Source: Gracilinanus agilis
Taxonomy: Eukaryota
Assembly: GCF_016433145.1 (NCBI RefSeq)
Contig: NC_058135.1
Span: forward strand, 191,476,118-191,540,117
Reading direction: 5' to 3'
DNA length: 64,000 nucleotides
Below the pieces are notes generated by a model that saw only the letters and a list, made by a program, of their open reading frames with translations, had not been told where the DNA came from and ran no database searches. Within the stretch, counting starts at the first letter, position 1; every line of letters begins with the position of its first letter. Both the position numbers and the translations under genes were made by a program. This document shows positions 60,821 to 64,000 of the stretch, piece after piece.

Positions 60821-63089
60821 TTTTCTCTTGAAAGTTATTAATGATCTTGTGAGTTAAGCAATAACCTAGCCCCTGCTTCTATGCAAGTTAGGGCTTTTTT
60901 GCAGGTACTGAAATTATTCTTGAGACTTGATTGGTTTGGAGAACTAAAGGCTTGAATTGTTGAAATCACTTTCTCGTTGCCTAAGTACCAAACAGCCATG
61001 AAAAGTTCTAAAAATTTTTTGATGTTTGTTTAACAGACCATTATGGGCAACTCAGACAAGGGAGCTTTGCTTCACTGAATCAACTCAAAGATATCTTCTG
61101 AATGTATACTTTTTGAATATCCCTCTCCTTGCTTTGCCTAGATAAATCTCCTTTTGTTACTTGCTAAATCTATAAGTATCTCATTTCATTCCAATATTGA
61201 ACACAAACTATGAGGGGACTAGCCTGCATCAGGCCTAACATAGGACAATTAATGCAGAATTGGGACAGAATGATCTTACTGAAGTAGGTGATGGACAATA
61301 TAGAGAAAAGTTAGCCCAGACTGGCCTCCATGTTCAGAGAAATGCTTTTAGTGATGTGTTCATAGATAGGGTTGCTTACCATGAGGTTTCTCAACCCTGG
61401 GAAATTAGAGAGAAAACTTGCTGGTGGCCTCCTAAACCAGGAATTTAAACCTCTTTCAATTTCTACTAGAATATTTCCTTCAAAGCAGTCAGGAGGGATT
61501 GAATTTTGGGGAATTGAAAGTGATTTTTCTCCACACTAGAAAAGAATAAATACAATTAAAGAGATCTGTTCTACCTTTGAAAGAATAATATTTCTAATGG
61601 TCAGTATTGCCAAAGCCTAGGGGGAAGCCTACAACAATAAAATCTCTCTCAGCTTTAAGGAAGGAATATTTGGGAGTGAATGAGGAAATAACTGTTCAGT
61701 TTTGAGTGACTTTTTGGATATGATCATGTAGTTGAACAAGCAGTTTTAGTCGCATATAACTGGTTGTGGGCATAACCAGTCAGTTAAAAAGTCATAAAGA
61801 CTCCCAAGAGTGGGAGAATTCAAACCAAGGTAGATACTAGAATTTTAACATCATAATTGTACTTGAGGAACTCTTTGAAGGTTGTTGATTTCTTCTTTTA
61901 GTTTTGCATTTGAGAAGCTAAAATAAATTTATGCTACATGACCACTGTTGTGATTCTTTGGTGCAAACCACTGAGGGAGACTCTTGAAAGGACAATGCTT
62001 AATTCTACCTAGGAGCCCAAGCAACTTCCTAGAACTGAGGATATGGACAAATGTACCAATTGCAACCCAGTTTATTTTCTGAAGATAGGCAGGGGTAGCT
62101 CATTAATTTTAAATGTTTCTACTCTCACTCCCATGTTGTGAACTATCTCTCTTTCTCCCAAATTTCTACTGAGGGGGACCCCTGCAGAGCTCAGGTGCTC
62201 TCTATCAATCTAGCAGAAATGGCTCATGCTTACACATAGTAGAGAGATTATATGTGCTGACATAGAGGAGTGTCTTGGCTTTTTGAAAATATTATGCTCT
62301 ATATTCTCTCCTGTGAGAAGAGATGGGCAATCCTGAAGTGGACATTTCTGGTCTTAGTGACAGTTTTGTGAGTCTGATATGTCAGGAGCTCCTGGATTCT
62401 TCAGTGAGGGGGGACAGGCAACAGAAAGGATTTCCTGCACTAAAAATGACCACTGACAGGAACAGGACTCCAAATATTGGCATAATTGGTGAGTATCCTT
62501 GGGAATTTCTTGAGACATCTTTTTGTAGCTCTTGACTGCATCAATTAAGGGAGACCAGCTGAGTGATGACATTCTGGCTTGCAGGATACAGCCTTAGCAG
62601 AGGAAGGCAAAGTTGGATCTTAGAAGTAAGAGCACCCACAGTACCCCTGCAAAGTACAGAAGATCAAAGGGCAACACAGCATCCTCCAGCACCGGGTCAC
62701 AGTCTTCTCATTTACAGATGAAGAATCAGAGGCAGAGAAAGTTAAATGCCCAATCTTACAACTTAAGTTTCTGAGATAGATTTAAACTCAGGTCTTTCTG
62801 ACTTCTAAGTCTTAAGCACTATATTATGCTGTCTTTTCATGTTGTCTCCCATGTTAAAAATGTAAGCTCCTTGAGGACAGGGACCATTTTTGTTTTATAT
62901 TTGTATTTCTAGAACTTAACACAGTACCTCTAACATACTAAGTGCATAATAACATAAAAATGGATCTTTGCTTTCTCTTAATATTAGTTTTCTTAGCTAT
63001 CATATCAAACTATCTACTTAACACTAAATGTTCAGATCACTAGAAGTACTGTTTTTTTAGATGAACCATTTCATATTTATACGTCTACT

Positions 63090-64000
63090 ATTTTGCATTT
63101 AAGTTAATTTTTTGAGCCCATATATAAGATTTTATACTTATTCCTATACAATTTCTTTTTATTGGATTCTTCAAAACATTTCAATCCATCATGTTTTATT
63201 TGGACTCAATTTTGTCAATTGTGTAAACTTTATGCCAACTACAGATAGAATCAACATGTTATCTTTACCTTTATTCAAGTCTTTAATACTACATTAAGTA
63301 GGATAGGGCCAAACACAAATCCTCCAGGCACTCTGTTGAAGACCGCCTTCAAGCTGGTTATTCCACCTATCTTGTTCACAATATTAGCAACAGAGGTGAT
63401 GTCAAATTCTTTGCTAAAATCCAGCAAATTATATCTAAACATTCTATTGATTTACCAGTCTAAAAGAAGATCTAACACCTATTAAAAGAGGAAGTAAAAT
63501 TAATTTGCCATGATCTGTTCTGGCATGACCCATTCTGGCTCACTGATCACTTCCTTTTCTAGCTATTCTCTATCTTTTTTTTTTTCAAACATTCTATCTT
63601 TTTTTTAAAGCAACCTGGATATTTGCCAGTAATAAAAATCAAATTTGCTACTATGAAGGTGTGGATGTTTCATAATCTACTCTCAATTTTTTGAAAATCA
63701 GAGCAGCATTTGCTCTCCTTCAGTTCTGTGTCACTTCTATTCTCCACAATGTTCCATTGATCACTGACCAGGGCTCACTAATAGCATCTGTCAGTTCTCT
63801 CAGATATAGTTAATCTGGGTCTGCTGATGAGCTCACCAAGGGAAACCATGTGCTTCTTTATTCTCTATCTTTGGTTTAAATTTCTTATTGGCTATAATTG
63901 TTCTATCTTTTCATAGGGGAAGACCATTCTTCTTGCCAGAGTGGGGAAAATGAGCAAAATAATAGTTCAATAAATTATTTTACCTTCTCTCTATCAGTTG
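63090..64000 (-). mobile_element. L3/CR1 reverse transcriptase fragment
   Basis: Minus strand reads gattttagcaaagaatttgac (DFSKEFD, cf. the CR1 DFSKAFD motif); gatagggccaaacacaaatcc and gccatgatctgttct are CR1 antisense motifs. Confidence 0.72.

Noticed and set aside
56650-64000. Search for TBC1D19 exon 1, promoter or CpG island
   Set aside because: No MLQEE...ERQAW-encoding segment and no CpG island; the 5' end lies beyond the window.
1-64000. tRNA, rRNA, snRNA genes and CRISPR-like arrays
   Set aside because: None seen. The tRNA-like A/B boxes all belong to SINE heads, and the dispersed repeats are transposons rather than regularly spaced repeat-spacer arrays.

Overview
AT-rich, CpG-depleted mammalian genomic DNA. 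The repeat content (SINE1_Mdo-type CORE-SINEs, MAR1-type SINEs, RTE, opossum-type L1) points to a didelphid marsupial, probably Monodelphis; this is an inference. The whole window lies inside one minus-strand gene, TBC1D19. I located 13 consecutive coding exons, numbered 2-14 by my recollection of the human gene. All have GT-AG boundaries, and they join into one open frame of 940 nt; exon 1 and exons 15 onward lie outside the window. The rest is intron filled with transposable elements: SINEs, MIR, L2, L3/CR1, RTE, L1 and HAL1-like pieces, a solo LTR, hAT and Tc1/mariner MITEs, and microsatellites. Apart from ORFs that overlap real exons or decayed LINE ORFs, the ORF track appears to be noise. 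I see no clear new multi-gene system. The best leads are a recursive-splice-type site at exon 2, a candidate poison exon next to exon 13, an L1 5'-UTR-only insertion with a perfect 14-bp target-site duplication (TSD), an L1 whose reverse transcriptase has been excised, and a dispersed ~180-bp local duplication. Repeat family names come from recall of consensus sequences, not from a database search.
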